Assembly (NCBI RefSeq): GCF_963921235.1
Contig: NC_086109.1
Coordinates: 18,850,001 to 18,914,000, forward strand
Direction of reading: 5' to 3'
DNA from: Mobula hypostoma
Lineage: Eukaryota
DNA length: 64,000 nt
Shown piece by piece: positions 51,195-63,510 of the stretch (position 1 is its first letter; each line of letters begins with the position of its first letter). The notes below the pieces were generated by a model. That model worked only from the letters and a program-made list of their open reading frames with translations, was not told where the DNA came from and ran no database searches. A program made the translations under genes and the position numbers.

Positions 51195-51342
51195 GCAGTC
51201 CCTTGAATGTCCATTCCTTGTACTAATCCACTTGCAGCCCCTTGCGTTAACATTCCTTGTACAAGTCCATCTTCAACCCCTTGCGTGTCCATTCCTTGTA
51301 TTAAACCTTTTGCAGCCCTGTGCGTGTTCATTTCTTGTACAA
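51195..51342. repeat. ~39-bp minisatellite (about 4 units, plus one more after the CR1 at 53917-53960)
   Basis: Recurrent gcag.cccttgcgtgt.cattccttgta unit. Confidence 0.8.
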
Positions 51343-51344
51343 AC

Positions 51345-53916
51345 AGCAAACAGCAAAAAGACCTATAAACAGCAGCCAGGTTGTGGATTACAAATTACAG
51401 CAGGAGATAGAAAAGGCTTGTCAGAAAGGCAATGTCATGATAATCATTGGGGATTTTAACGTGAAAGTGGATTGGGAAAACCAGGTCAGTACTGGACCTC
51501 AACAGAGAGAATTTGTAGAATGTCTAAGGGATGGCTTTTTAGAACAGCTTGTTGTTGAGCCCACTAGGGAATTGGCTGTGCTGGACTGGGTGTTGTGCAA
51601 TGATCCGGAGGTGATAAGAGAGCTTAAGGTTAAGGAACCCTTAGGGAACAGTGATCACAATAAGATCGAGTTCACATTGAAATTTGAGAGGGAAAAAATA
51701 AAATCCAATGTGTTAATATTTCAGTGGAATAAAGGAAATTACAATGGCATGAGAGTGAAACTGGCCAAAGTTGACTGGAAAGAGACAATTGCAGGAAAGA
51801 CAGCAGAGCAGCAATGGCTGGAGTTTCTGTGAAAAATAAGGGAAGTACAAGACAGATATATTCCAATTAAGAAGAAATTTTCAAAGGGAAGAAGGACACT
51901 ACCATGGCTGACAAGTGAAGTCAGAGCCAAAGTAAAAGCAAAAGAGAGGGCATACAAGGAAGCCAGAGCTGGTGGGAAGATAGAGGATTGGGGAGTTTTT
52001 AAAAATTTGCAGAAGGAAACTAAGAAGGTCATTTGGAAGGAAAAGATGAATTATGAGAGGAAGCTAGCGACTAATATCAAAGAAGATACTAAAAGCTTTT
52101 TTTAAGTATATAAAGAGTAAAAGAGAGTTGAGAGTAGATATAGGACGAATACAAAATGATGCTGGAGATATTGTAAAGAGAGATGCAGGGATGGCAGAGG
52201 AACTGAATGCGTATTTTGCATCAGTCTTTACAGTGGAAGACATCTACAGTATACCAGACATTCAAGAGTGTCAGGGAAGTGAAGTTTGTGCAGTGAAAAT
52301 TACGACTGAGAAGATGCTCAGGAAGCTTAATGGTGTGAGGGTGGATAAATTTCCCGGACCTGATGGAATGTACCCTTGGGTTCAGAAGGAAGTAGCTGGA
52401 GAGATTGCGGAGGCATTAACGATGATGTTTCAAGAATTGATAGACTCTGGCATTGTACCGGATGACTGGAAAACTGCAACTGTTACTCCGCTATTTAAGA
52501 AGGGTGGGAGGCAGCAGAAAGGAAACTATAGACCTGTTAGCCTGACATCAGTGGTTGGGAAGTTGTTGGAATCGACTGTTAGGGATGAGAGTACGGAGTA
52601 CCTGGAGGCACACGACAAGATAGGCCAAAGCCAGCATAGTTTCCTGAAAGGAAAATTCTGCCTGACAAAGCTACTGCAATTCTTTGAGAAAATTCCAAGC
52701 AGGGTAGACAAAGGAGATGCAGTAGACATGGTGTACTTGGATTTTCAGAAGGCCTTTGACAAGGTGCCGCACATGAGGCTGCTTAGCAAGATAAGAGCCC
52801 ATGGAATTACAGGGAAGCTACTAGCATGGGTGGAGCATTGGCTGGTCAACAGAAAACAGAAAGTTGGAATAAAGGGATCCTATTCTGGCTGGCTACCGGT
52901 TACCAGTGGAGTTCCACAGGGGTCAGTGTTGGGACCACTGCTTTTTATGATGTATGTCAATGATTTGGACTATAGTGTTAATGGATTTGTGGCTAAATTT
53001 GCCGATGATACAAAGATAGGTGGAGGAGCGGGTAGTGTTGAGGAAACAGAGAGCCTGCAGAGAAACTTAGATAGTTCAGGGGAAATGGCAAAGAAGTGGC
53101 AAATGAAATACAATGTGAGAAAGTGTATGGTCATGCACTTTGGTGGAAGAAATAAATGGGCAAACTATTATTTAGATGGGGAGAGCATTCAAAATGCAGA
53201 GATGCAAAGGGACTTGAAAGTCCTTGTGCAAGATACCCTAAATGTTAACCTCCAGGTTGAGTCAGTTGTGAAGAAGGTGAATGCAATGTTGGCATTCATT
53301 TCTAGAGGTATAGAATATAAGAGCAGGGATGTGATGTTGAGGCTCTATAAGGCACTTAAGGAACCACGCTTGGAGTATTGTGTGCAGTTTTGGGCTCCTT
53401 ATTTTAGAATGGACATACTGACATTGGAGAAGTTTCAGAGAAGATTCATGAGAATGATTCCAGGAATGAAAGGGTTACCAGATGAGGAATGTCTGGCAGC
53501 TCTTGGGCTGTATTCCCAGGAATTCAGAAGAATGAGGGGGGATCTCATAGAAACATTCAGAATGTTAAGAAGCGTGAACAGATTAGATATGGTAAAGTTA
53601 TTTCCCATGGTAGGGGATTCTAGAACAAGAGGGTACGACTTCAGGATTGAAGGACATCCATTTAGAACTGAGATGCAGAGAAATTACGTTAGTCAGAGGG
53701 TGGTAAATCTGTGGAATTTGTTGCCTGTGGAGGCCAAGTCATTGGGTGTATTTAAGGCAGAGATAGATAGGTTCTTGTTTAGCCAGGGTATCAAAGGGTA
53801 TGGGGTGAAAGCAGGGGAGTGGGGATGACTGGAAAAATTGGATCAGCCCATGATTGAATGGCGGAGCAGTCTCGATGGGCTGAATGGCCTACTTCCTCCT
53901 ATATCTTATGGTCTTA
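51345..53916 (+). mobile_element. Young 5'-truncated CR1 LINE (partial EN, RT, 3' UTR)
   Basis: EN motifs IIIGDFN, LDWVLCND, LGNSDHN; TGA at 51830-51832; frameshift in the T-run near 52100; tail cctatatcttatggtctta. Confidence 0.96.
52128..53828 (+). CDS. CR1 ORF2 reverse-transcriptase portion (566-aa open frame, probably non-functional)
   Basis: GNYRPVSLTS, YLDFQKAFDKVPH, SGVPQGSVLGPLLF, KFADDTK, LEYCVQFWAP. Confidence 0.9.
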   Translation: MRVDIGRIQNDAGDIVKRDAGMAEELNAYFASVFTVEDIYSIPDIQECQGSEVCAVKITTEKMLRKLNGVRVDKFPGPDGMYPWVQKEVAGEIAEALTMMFQELIDSGIVPDDWKTATVTPLFKKGGRQQKGNYRPVSLTSVVGKLLESTVRDESTEYLEAHDKIGQSQHSFLKGKFCLTKLLQFFEKIPSRVDKGDAVDMVYLDFQKAFDKVPHMRLLSKIRAHGITGKLLAWVEHWLVNRKQKVGIKGSYSGWLPVTSGVPQGSVLGPLLFMMYVNDLDYSVNGFVAKFADDTKIGGGAGSVEETESLQRNLDSSGEMAKKWQMKYNVRKCMVMHFGGRNKWANYYLDGESIQNAEMQRDLKVLVQDTLNVNLQVESVVKKVNAMLAFISRGIEYKSRDVMLRLYKALKEPRLEYCVQFWAPYFRMDILTLEKFQRRFMRMIPGMKGLPDEECLAALGLYSQEFRRMRGDLIETFRMLRSVNRLDMVKLFPMVGDSRTRGYDFRIEGHPFRTEMQRNYVSQRVVNLWNLLPVEAKSLGVFKAEIDRFLFSQGIKGYGVKAGEWG

Positions 53917-55587
53917 AATCCATCTGCAGTTCCTTGCGTGTTCATTCCCTACACTGATCCTATTTTAATATCTCTACATTCTTATCAACTCCGTCCCAGA
54001 TTTCATCACTGATCTACTGACTAGAGGAAACTAACAGCGGGCAATCAACCTTCCAACCAACACATCTTTGGGATGCAGGAGGAAACTGGAGTGCCTGTAG
54101 GAAACCGATGTGCTCACAGGGAGAAAGCACCATCCCCAGACAGACTATGCCGAAGGTCAGGTTTGAACCTGGTGAGTGTAGCTGTGAGGTAGCACCTCTA
54201 GTTATGCCACTGTGGTGGTTTTGTTACTGGAGTAACAATTCAGAGGCTTGGACTAATGACCTGGGGACATCCAAATCCAGCCATAACAATAATAAGTTGC
54301 TATAAACTCCTATCAACTCCAATAACCCTGACCCCTTCCTGAAAACCTTGTGATTATTTTCACGTTCATGTGAAAATATCCAATTGCTTCTGCAAAATTT
54401 CAGTGTTACCTGGTTCCACCCCCTTTGGACCAATGCAGTCAGTTGAAAAACTGCTCAAAATCCCTTGAATTCCCTACCAGCAGATCGTAGAGTCCCAGGA
54501 GAAGATCGATGCTGGAGTATCAGTAACAATATTGATGGCACTCTATGCTTTGAATCCTAACTGGAAATTCCCAGTGAGAGTGGCGTTCTGAAGTATCAAT
54601 ACATTTACAGTTAGGGTGTGGTGGGAAACTTGGAGAAAAAGTTCAAAGTTTGAAGTGAATCTATTACCAAAATGTGCACAAGTCACCATATACTACCCCG
54701 ATATTCATTTTCTTGTGGGCATTCAATGAAATAAAATTGGATCAATGGAAAGCTACACAGAAACAAGATGCCAAATACCCAACATGCTGCACAAAATTCT
54801 GCAACTACAAAAACAAACAAATAACAATGAAAATAAATAGTAAATAAAAACACCAAGAACATGAGTTGTTGAAAATGAGCCCTTGGTTGTGCAATCAGTT
54901 CAGTTTATAAGTGAATGACATTATCCACCCTGGTTCAGGAGCTTCATTGTTGAAAAGTAATAACTGTTCTTGAACCTGGTGGTGTGGGACCTAAGGCTAC
55001 TGATGGCAGCAGTGGGAAGAGAGCACGGCCTGGATGGTGGGGGCTCCTCGATGATGGATGTTGCTGTCTTATGGCAGTGCTCCACATTGATGTGCTCAGG
55101 GGTGTGGTCTCTGGTGATGGATTGGGCTGTATTCACTACTTTTAAAGGTTTTCCCATTCTTGGGCATTAGTGTTTCCATATCAGACGTTCCTCCCTATAA
55201 ACAGGTTATCAAAGCAAACCCAACCAATGACACTAGATAATGGAAAATTACTTGATACTACTTTTTATACAAAGCAAATATCTGTGAATCTACCACACAG
55301 TACGTACAAAATGATCACTGACTCAAATGTTGGTAGAAAAATTTCAGTAGCATTTCATAGAACTTCCAACAGTACAGCAATGAAACAGACACCTCAGCCA
55401 ATAATGTCTGCGCAGAGCAATGATTTCAAATTAAATCAATCCCTCCATTCCCCATATATTCAGGTGTCTATCTAAAAGCCTCCTGAATACTTATATTGTA
55501 TCTGCAAGGAGGAGACTGACAATGGTTTCATTTATAAATCACTGGGCCCATGTTCCTAGAAGGCATTATGTCCAAACAATAAGTTTG

Positions 55588-55852
55588 AAAGACCTAAGCC
55601 ATCACCTCTACTGGGGCATAAGCTGCCGACAAGAGCTTGACAGAGTACTCTGTGCTGGGCCTGTTTTTCACAGTGTCTCCAAGTGTAGCCCATCTCTTTC
55701 GTGGATCCTTCCTCTCCCAGGGATGAGATCTTTGGAGCTTCTGTTGGCGTTTCTGTAGCTTTGGGTTTTTATGGGATGGGTTTGCTAGCCGCATGCCCAA
55801 TCACCCTCCTTTCACACCTGAGCTTGGGGCCATCTGTGGCGGAGTTAGGCTT
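55588..55852 (-). mobile_element. Bipartite non-autonomous RTE element (5' UTR motif fused to ORF C-terminus)
   Basis: ttgggcatgcggctagcaaacccatcccataaaaa joined to a tail encoding AQHRVLCQALVGSLCPSRGDGL. Confidence 0.6.
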
Positions 55853-56657
55853 GAAGGAGTTCTCCAACTATTCCAGCTTCCCTTTCTTTGCCATGTAGGT
55901 TTCCATACCTGTCTCAGGGTTATTACCTCATATCCACTTTGCTTTTCAAAATATATGAATACTTCTTAATTCATCAACCAGTCTGTCATCGCACTGGCAG
56001 GCTAAGTGGGCCATGGAGTTCAGAAAATATTCTGATCCACCAACTATGCAATCCACAAGTGGGTTCCGAATTACTGTTACCGTGGTTACGTGGAGAGACC
56101 TAGCGTGGTTACCAAATGGATAAGTGAATTGAGCTGAAGTGATACAGCTGCTGCTTGGTGTTGGAGCCTCCCAGCATAGCAAGTTCAACTGCACAGAGTA
56201 CACCTTTTAGCAAGTCACTTCCTTTCTCCCGGGTCAACAAACTCTGCTGTGATTTCTAGTAAAGATTTGATTAATAGGATTGTGTTGCTGCGTCAACCTC
56301 ATGATTCTTTTTTGCTGTGTATAATAATCATAATAAGTGTATGCTTTCTAGTGAATTATTAATGCAAAAAATAATGAAAATATCAAAATCAAAAACTATT
56401 GAACTGTGTGAGACATTGCTGCAAAACTCTAAGGGTTCTGTTCTTTAATTATAAACAAGTGGAGAGTACAGTTGCAAAGAGTAGATGCTCTTTACTTCAT
56501 CAGTCTGTTTTCACCCTTCCATTTGTTCACCTAATTATCCTGAAAGTAATGTGATTATGGAGGCACTGGTCATTCTCCTCAGACTCTCCCGATTATATGC
56601 AAGGTCCCAGGGTGTAACGTGGGCATTTGAGTGGGTGAAGGTGGGGTAGGGCCATAA

Positions 56658-57418
56658 CGCTGGACAACAATTTTTTTTTCGAAAGTATCGCTTCCTCAGA
56701 AAATTTATTTTGTTTATGATAGACCGCTTGAAGCTGAACACAAATATAATTTCAAACTACTTGCACCACGTAGGAATTTGGAGAAACAAGAAATTAACCT
56801 TTATGAATATAATGTGTTTAATTACAATAGTTTAAATAAGATAAAATGTTTTGTTGATGATTTTAATGTCTGAGACTTCTCGCTTAAGTATCCAACAGTA
56901 ATCAACCAGCATTGGTGGATTCCACTTGCCTTGATACCATTTCTCCATGATCGTAATGTTCTGGTGAAATCTTTCACCATGGTCATCACTGACACACCAC
57001 GATTTGCAGGGATGGAGTTTAAATGGGAATGTAGAAAGTGAATCTAGTGACATGTTGCATTTCATACTTCTGCCTGCTTGAAGCATGTTGTCAACCAGCT
57101 GCACATACTTTAGTGCTCTGTATTTGCCAAGCAAGTTTTCAACAACATCCTTGAATGACTTCCATGTGATTTTCTCCAGTCCCACTAGAAGTTCTTCGAA
57201 TTGCCTGTCATTGATGACCTGTTTAATATGTACACAACAAAAAGGCCTTCCTTAATCTTTGCATCAGTTATTCTGACCTGAATTATGAGTTGCAATGACA
57301 AATATAAGCAATTCAACAAAAAGGTAGGGAAATTTCATGGTGATTTTCATGATCAGCAGCCTAGAATCCACAAGATCCACCCAAAAGTATTCAGGATGCA
57401 AAATCTTCTTGTGCAGTC
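56658..57418 (-). mobile_element. Internally deleted Chapaev3 (CMC)-type DNA transposon
   Basis: 3-bp TSD TAA (56655-56657, 57419-57421); TIR-like cgctggacaac / cttgtgcagtc; C-terminal transposase ITDAKIKEG...WKSFKDVVENLLG...CNMSL...VSDDHGERFHQNITIMEKWYQGKWNPPMLVDYCW. Confidence 0.82.
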
Positions 57419-57599
57419 TAATAGGATGTTTGGAAACTTGAATTCTGTCTGGTTACCATCTCCCATCTGTTTCTCCTTGTCTTGACTGTGGCACTTGCAG
57501 CTGGTCAGGAGCAACAAGGATCAAGGAACACGCTCCAGATTTTTCTTGCTCCATTGCACTGATCCGCCAGGTCGTGGAACACATGGCTGTCTTTTTATC

Positions 57600-58055
57600 A
57601 CATAGAAAGATTGACATTTGATGCAGGTGTGCACCATCTAGTCCTTTGGCCCTGTTCTGCCATCCTATATGATCTTAGCTGATCACACAAATTTAATGTT
57701 CTCTTCCTTTTCTGCCCCTGTATACCTTGACTCCCTTAGCCACTAAATTTTTCTCCTTGAATGTTTTTAATAATTTGACTTCCAGTGCCTTCTGTGGTAG
57801 AGAATCCCACAGGTACATGATTCTTTGACTGAAGAAATTCCTCGTTTTCCTAATCCTGAATGACCTCTGATTCTGGACATCCCACCACTGGGAACAACTT
57901 CCCTGTCTAGCCGATCAGGATTATATAATTTCACTGTAGTTTTCTCTCATTCTTCTAAACTCTATTAAATATAAGCCCAATGGCCTAAATTCGTCCTCAT
58001 AAATCAGTTCTGCCAACCCAGGAATCAGTCCGATATACCTTCAATGCACTCACTG
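57600..58055 (-). mobile_element. Old CR1 3' fragment
   Basis: Reverse complement contains gaggaatttcttcagtcaaagaat...ctgtgggattctctaccacagaaggcactgga. Confidence 0.8.
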
Positions 58056-58349
58056 TTGAACTAGCAGATGCCGAGGACTCCTTGAAGGGAACAAGCTGGG
58101 AGAAGTTACCAAGCCTGATAATATGGGAACTGAAAAATCGTAAGTATAATTTGAAATATCAGCAGTAATGTCTCATCTCAGTTTATTGACCATGCCTCAA
58201 ACCAGTCACTAGACACAGTAAGATTATATAGCTGATCCTCTGTGCAAACATTTTTTTATATTATTTTAAAAATTGTGCTCCCCACCCCAAATTAGACAAT
58301 TCAGAAAAAGCTGCAATATTTGTGGAAAGAGAGACAGACCGTTCCAGGA

Positions 58350-59140
58350 TAGAATATGTAAGGTGAGGCCAAAGACAAATGAGAGAATAACAACTCATAC
58401 ATACATGCTTGGATAGCCTACAGCCCAATGGTATGAACAATGAATTTTCAGAATCAGAATCAGGTTTAGTGTCACTAATGTATAGTACATTGTGGAATTT
58501 GTTGTTTTTTTTGGCAGCAGTACAGTGCGAGGCATTAAAAAATCTCTCTGTTACAATAATGTATACAATAAACAAGCAGTGCCAAAGAAGAATGGTGAGG
58601 CAGTGTTCACGGGCCGTTCAGAAATCTGATGGCACAGGGGAAGAAGCTGCTCCTAAAGCACTAAACGTATGTTTTCAGGTTCCTGCTCCTCTGCCCTGAT
58701 AGTAGTAAAGAGAAGAAGGCATGTCTTAGATGGCGACGGTCTTTACTGATGGATGCCATCTTCTTGAGGAACTGCCTTTTGAGTATGTCCTTGATGCTGG
58801 AAGTGGCTGAGTTTTGGGTAACCCACTCCTGTGGTGCTCCTTTCAGACACTCACCAGTCCAGCCAGCGTGCTTCGTACCTTATTCACCCAACCCCCACAC
58901 CTCAATATTACCCTTCATCACTAGCTTTTATCGATCCATCATCCCTCCTTCATCTGGCTTTACCTATCACCTACCAGCATCTCTTCCCTCCCATTCCCCA
59001 CCTGACTCCATCTGCCCTATTCTTGTCTCTCTCATTGTCTCCCTCAACCTGACTCCGCATACCCGATGTTGCTTCCCCTCCCTCCCCACTCATATGGTTC
59101 CACCAGTCCCTGACCAGCCCCTGTCTCAAACCTTCCTCTC
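58350..59140 (+). mobile_element. Penelope-like element: GIY-YIG C-terminus and pyrimidine-rich 3' region, split by Rex1 (58447-58830)
   Basis: Peptide ...LDSLQPNGMNNEFS, matching the Penelope ORF end (LGSLQP.GMNIEF), then a C/T-rich tail like 7017-7270. Confidence 0.65.
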
Positions 59141-59629
59141 ATGACAATATATTGGCACTACCACAATTGGGCAGAAGGTGCAGGAGCCTTCGACCCACAG
59201 CATGAGGTTCAGGAACAGTTATTACCCTGCAACCATCAGGATCTTGAACCAGTGTGGATAACTGCATTTACTACAACTTCGAACTGATTCCATCACCTCC
59301 GGACTCAATCTCAAGGACTGTACAATTCATGTTCTCTATATTACTTATTTATTTGCACAATTTGTCTTCTTTTGCACATTGGTTGGTTGTCAGTCTTTTT
59401 GCATAGTTTTTCATAAATTCTAATGCATTTCTTTATTTTCCTATAAAATGAATCCCAAGATATGGTGACATATATGTACTTCGATAATAGATTTACTTGA
59501 CTTTTGATTTTGATTTAACTTCCACTCTCTGCCCAGATGACTTGATTATTCATTTATCTCTGCAGATGCTCTTTGACATGCTGAGAATGTCCAATGGTTT
59601 GTTTTTGCTCCATTTACCAGTATCTATAG

Positions 59630-59700
59630 CAGGGGTTCTCAACCCGAGGTCCATGGATCCCTTGCTTAATGGCATTGATCCATGGCATAAAAAAAACCTG
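59630..59700. mobile_element. Tiny hAT (Charlie-type) MITE
   Basis: CAGGGGTTCTCAACC left TIR, eroded right end ...cctg; 8-bp flanks atctatag / ttctacag. Confidence 0.65.
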
Positions 59701-61213
59701 TTCTACAGTCTCTTGTGTCTCTGTTTCAAATCAGAATCAGAATGAGAATCAGGTTTAATATCACCGGCATGTGTCGTGAAATTTATCATCGATCCAGAGA
59801 TATTCCGTTTGATGAAAGGTCATTAATTCAGTTTCTATCTTACGGGATATTGCCTGACTTGCTGAATATTTCCAGCATGTACTGTTTAACCTCAGATTTT
59901 CATCATCTGCAGTGCTTTAATATCTTAGATCTTGGACACGTATTTATAAGGTAGCTGTACTTGCTGAGGGAGCTCCACAATGTCCGTGGGATGAACTGTA
60001 GATATCTATTTGGATGGCATTGGCTGGAAAAAGGAAAGGTATGTCGCATCCGGAGTTTCCCCAGATAGCAGACAATTTCCCGCCACGCCTCTCTGACATA
60101 GTGGGGAACCGTGTACGAGGCAAGTTACAGCAGTGGTTTGCTATTGCTTTCTGCCGGGTGAGTTTCCAAAGAGATCACCAGCTCGTAACCCAGCACGGAT
60201 GGAAAGCGGCTGGATTCGAACTCAAACAACAAACGACAAACAACTCGATGGGATTCAAACTCGATGATGCCGGGTCTAGCACTGACGGGAACAAATTGAA
60301 AAAGAACAAGGCGTCCTGATCATTGTTGTGTCTCTAACCAGCCCCAGTATGATCAGCTATCTCAGCATATTTAGATAGCATCTCTATCTTTCCCTGGGCT
60401 CCCAAACAGGAAAATAATTCGCTGCATTTCAGAATAGTTCAGAAACTCACTAAACTGCCTGAAAATCACCATTTGGTTTTTATTCTGAGGAAAAGAAAAT
60501 ATATTTCACTAAGTCATGTATTGAAAATAAGGTTTGAAAAGATTGGAACTTACAATTCAATATCAATATCCCATTCGAGATGCTGCAAATTAAATAAGAG
60601 AACTAGCTCTTTGTTCTGTCTCACTCAGCGTTTTCACAGGAGATATGAATCTTCTGAATCATTGACTATTCTAGATCTTCAGAATTATATTTAGTAATTG
60701 TAATTTTCATAATGAAAGCAATATCAAGGGCATCATAAGTAAAGATCAACAATTCCCCTGGCTTTTGATAAACATGGTAATGAATGTGGTTCTGGCTCGA
60801 TTTCTTCCTTTGACATTTTAATGTAGGATGTTTTCCAAACTGCATTTCAGTCCTCCCTGCTGTTTGCCACTCATTTGTCAGTCAGGATCACATCTCTTGT
60901 GCCCAGGCCAGTGAATGAATATTGGTTTTCAATACTCCCTACTTGCTCTTGATGTGTCCAGCAGTAAAAGCGCACAAGCTATTCGACAGCCACATCCAGG
61001 ACAAAACTTGACTGGCACCCAATCCATTACATCCAGCAGGTACTCTGTCCATCAATAGCACATACGTAATGCACCAATGTTTCTTCATTGCTTTCCTGCA
61101 AATCTGCAGCCACTGCTAGAAAAGCAAAGGCAACAGACATAGGGAACGCCAATACGCCCTTCACTACCTGGAGTTGGTCAAATATACAAATTATTCTCCC
61201 TTATATGGTCAGC

Positions 61214-61511
61214 GCGTGGCCAAATGGTTAAGGCATTCGTCTCATGATCTGAAGGTCGCTAGTTCGAGCCTTGGCTAAGGCAATGTGTTGTGTCCTTGAG
61301 CAAGGCACTTAACCACACATTGCTCTGTGACGACACCGGTGCCAAATTGTATGGGTCCTAAAGCCTTTCCCTTGGACAACAGTGCTGGCGTGGAGAGGGG
61401 AGACTTGCAGCATGAGCAACTGCTGGTCTTCCATACAACCTTGCCCAGGCCTGCACCCTAGAAACCTTCCAAGGTGCAAATCCATGGTCTCACGAGACTA
61501 ACGGATGCCTA
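61214..61511 (+). mobile_element. tRNA-head CORE-like SINE, tail type 3
   Basis: A/B boxes, tgtgtccttgagcaaggcacttaacc core; TSD tatatggtcagc (61202-61213, 61512-61523). Confidence 0.9.
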
Positions 61512-61616
61512 TATATGGTCAGCCATGAGGAGTCTCAACCCTCATTCAGGTAATAAACACATAAATATGCAGGGAATTGAGGAATACAGATTATGCACAG
61601 GCAGATGAGATTTAGT

Positions 61617-62535
61617 TTAATTCAAAGGTTCAAAAGTTCAATTTACTTATTATCAAAGTAGGTATGCAGCATACAACTCTGAGATTAGTCTTCTCCAGAT
61701 AGCCATGAAGAAAAGAAAACTATGGAGGTCATTCAAAGAAAAATATCAAACGTGCCCCGCATATAAAAAAAACTTACGAACATACAAATCAACCCACATT
61801 TAAATCACAATGGCAACAAGAGCATCAAGCTGCCTCCTGATGCAGAAAAAACAAATTGAGCAAACTGTGAGAACATCAAACCCCAAACCTCCCTGCACAA
61901 AAAACAATTTATAAATTGTGCTAAAATTAAATCACTTCGACAGCAACCAGAAAGAGCAGGCAAAAACATTGAATATAAAAGACCTAAAACTGAAAAATAG
62001 TCCTGTCCAATCCATAAACCACAGAACTTTGGTAGCATCCTCTGACGGCCTCGAGGGAGAGGAAAGTAGAAGCAGAGCAGCGAGGAAGATAGGCCATCAA
62101 AGTCATCTTATCCAGCAACATCAAGCAACAGGCCATCACCTAGAGACATTTTATCTGGTAACAGTGGGCAATAGGTGGTCACCCACAGATACCCTATCCG
62201 GCAAAGAACTGTCACAGCATGGCTAGCAGTGAGTAGTCAGCGCTGAACACTCGCTCGCTTTCTGCATTCACTCCAATTTTTCAACCTTCCTCAGCACTGT
62301 AATCGGCAATTAATAGAGTTGATAATGGGCTCATGCCCCATTGCTAAGCGTCGCTACGAGGTCCACACTCGTCTTCTGGAATGTTCTCGGAGACAGCGGA
62401 GTGCTAGATCACACAGTCAATCTTCAAACTGTAACAGTTCCAGAAACACACTGAAGATAAAAGGAAGACGTACAAGAAATAAAAGAAAGAAAGACATCGC
62501 CCGAGGAATCATTGTTCGCTGGTGCCACCTTGGTT
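61617..62535 (-). mobile_element. Second non-autonomous LINE-derived family (~920 bp)
   Basis: 5' ccaaggtggcaccagcgaac; 3' actttgataataagtaaattgaactttgaacctttgaa tail; no RT coding sequence. Confidence 0.55.
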
Positions 62536-62589
62536 GGAATTCGGCTTGGTGTCCATTGCAAATATCATGTGTTGAAGGGCCTTTTCAGT

Positions 62590-63510
62590 GTGTTATGCTG
62601 TTCCATATCGGTTTGAACTTTATCAAGACCTTTGACAATGGTAGGCTGATCTGGAACGTTAGGTCCTATGGAATCCAGGGAGAACAAGGTAGATTCAAAA
62701 TGAGCTTGGAGCAGAAAGCAGACGGTTGTGGTTGAAGGTTCTTTCTTGAAATGGAGGCCAGTGGTTAATGGTGCACCACAAAGTTCATTGTACTGACCCT
62801 TGTTACTCATATATAGTTTGAATGTGAATGTACAGAACTTGGTCAATAAGTTTGCTGAGGACAGAAAAATTTGGATCTGTTGTTGACAGTGAAGAAGGTT
62901 GTCATAGGTTACAAAAGAATATGATCAAATAAGGAAGTGAGCTGAGGAGAGGTAAATAGATTTCAATACAGTAAGTGTAAGATCATGCATCTAGAACATT
63001 AAAGCAGTGTCGGACTTGTACTCTGAAAGGTAGGGCATTTAGGAGCATAATGCAACAATGGGGCATAGGAATATAAGTGTACATTTCATTGTAAGTGGCA
63101 TCACAGGTAAGCAGTGTGGTGACAAAGGCCTTTAACATGCTTTCTATAGGGCCCTAATTATAGGAGTTGGGGCTTTAAGTTGCAGTTGTATATATCACTG
63201 GTGAGGCTGCACTTGGAGTTATGTGAACAGTTCTGATCATATTGTTCGAGGCAAGATTTGGTTAAACTGAAAAGAGTGCAGGAAAGACCAGAGGGGCAAC
63301 TTTTCCACACAGGGTGTGGTTAGGGTATTGAACAGGCTACTAGAAGAAGTGGTTGAACCAAGTGCCATAGTTTTTAAGAAGCACTTGGCTAGGTACATGG
63401 ACGGGCGAGGCTTGGATATGGTCTGAATGAAGGAAATGGGGATTAGCTGAGTGAGCACTGAGGTTATCATGAAATTGTTGGGCTAAAAAGCCTGTAACCA
63501 TGCTTTTAGA
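62590..63510 (+). mobile_element. Decayed CR1 RT and 3' fragment
   Basis: LNFIKTFDNG...RSYGIQGE; KFAEDRK; agaggggcaacttttccacacagggtgtgg. Confidence 0.85.
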
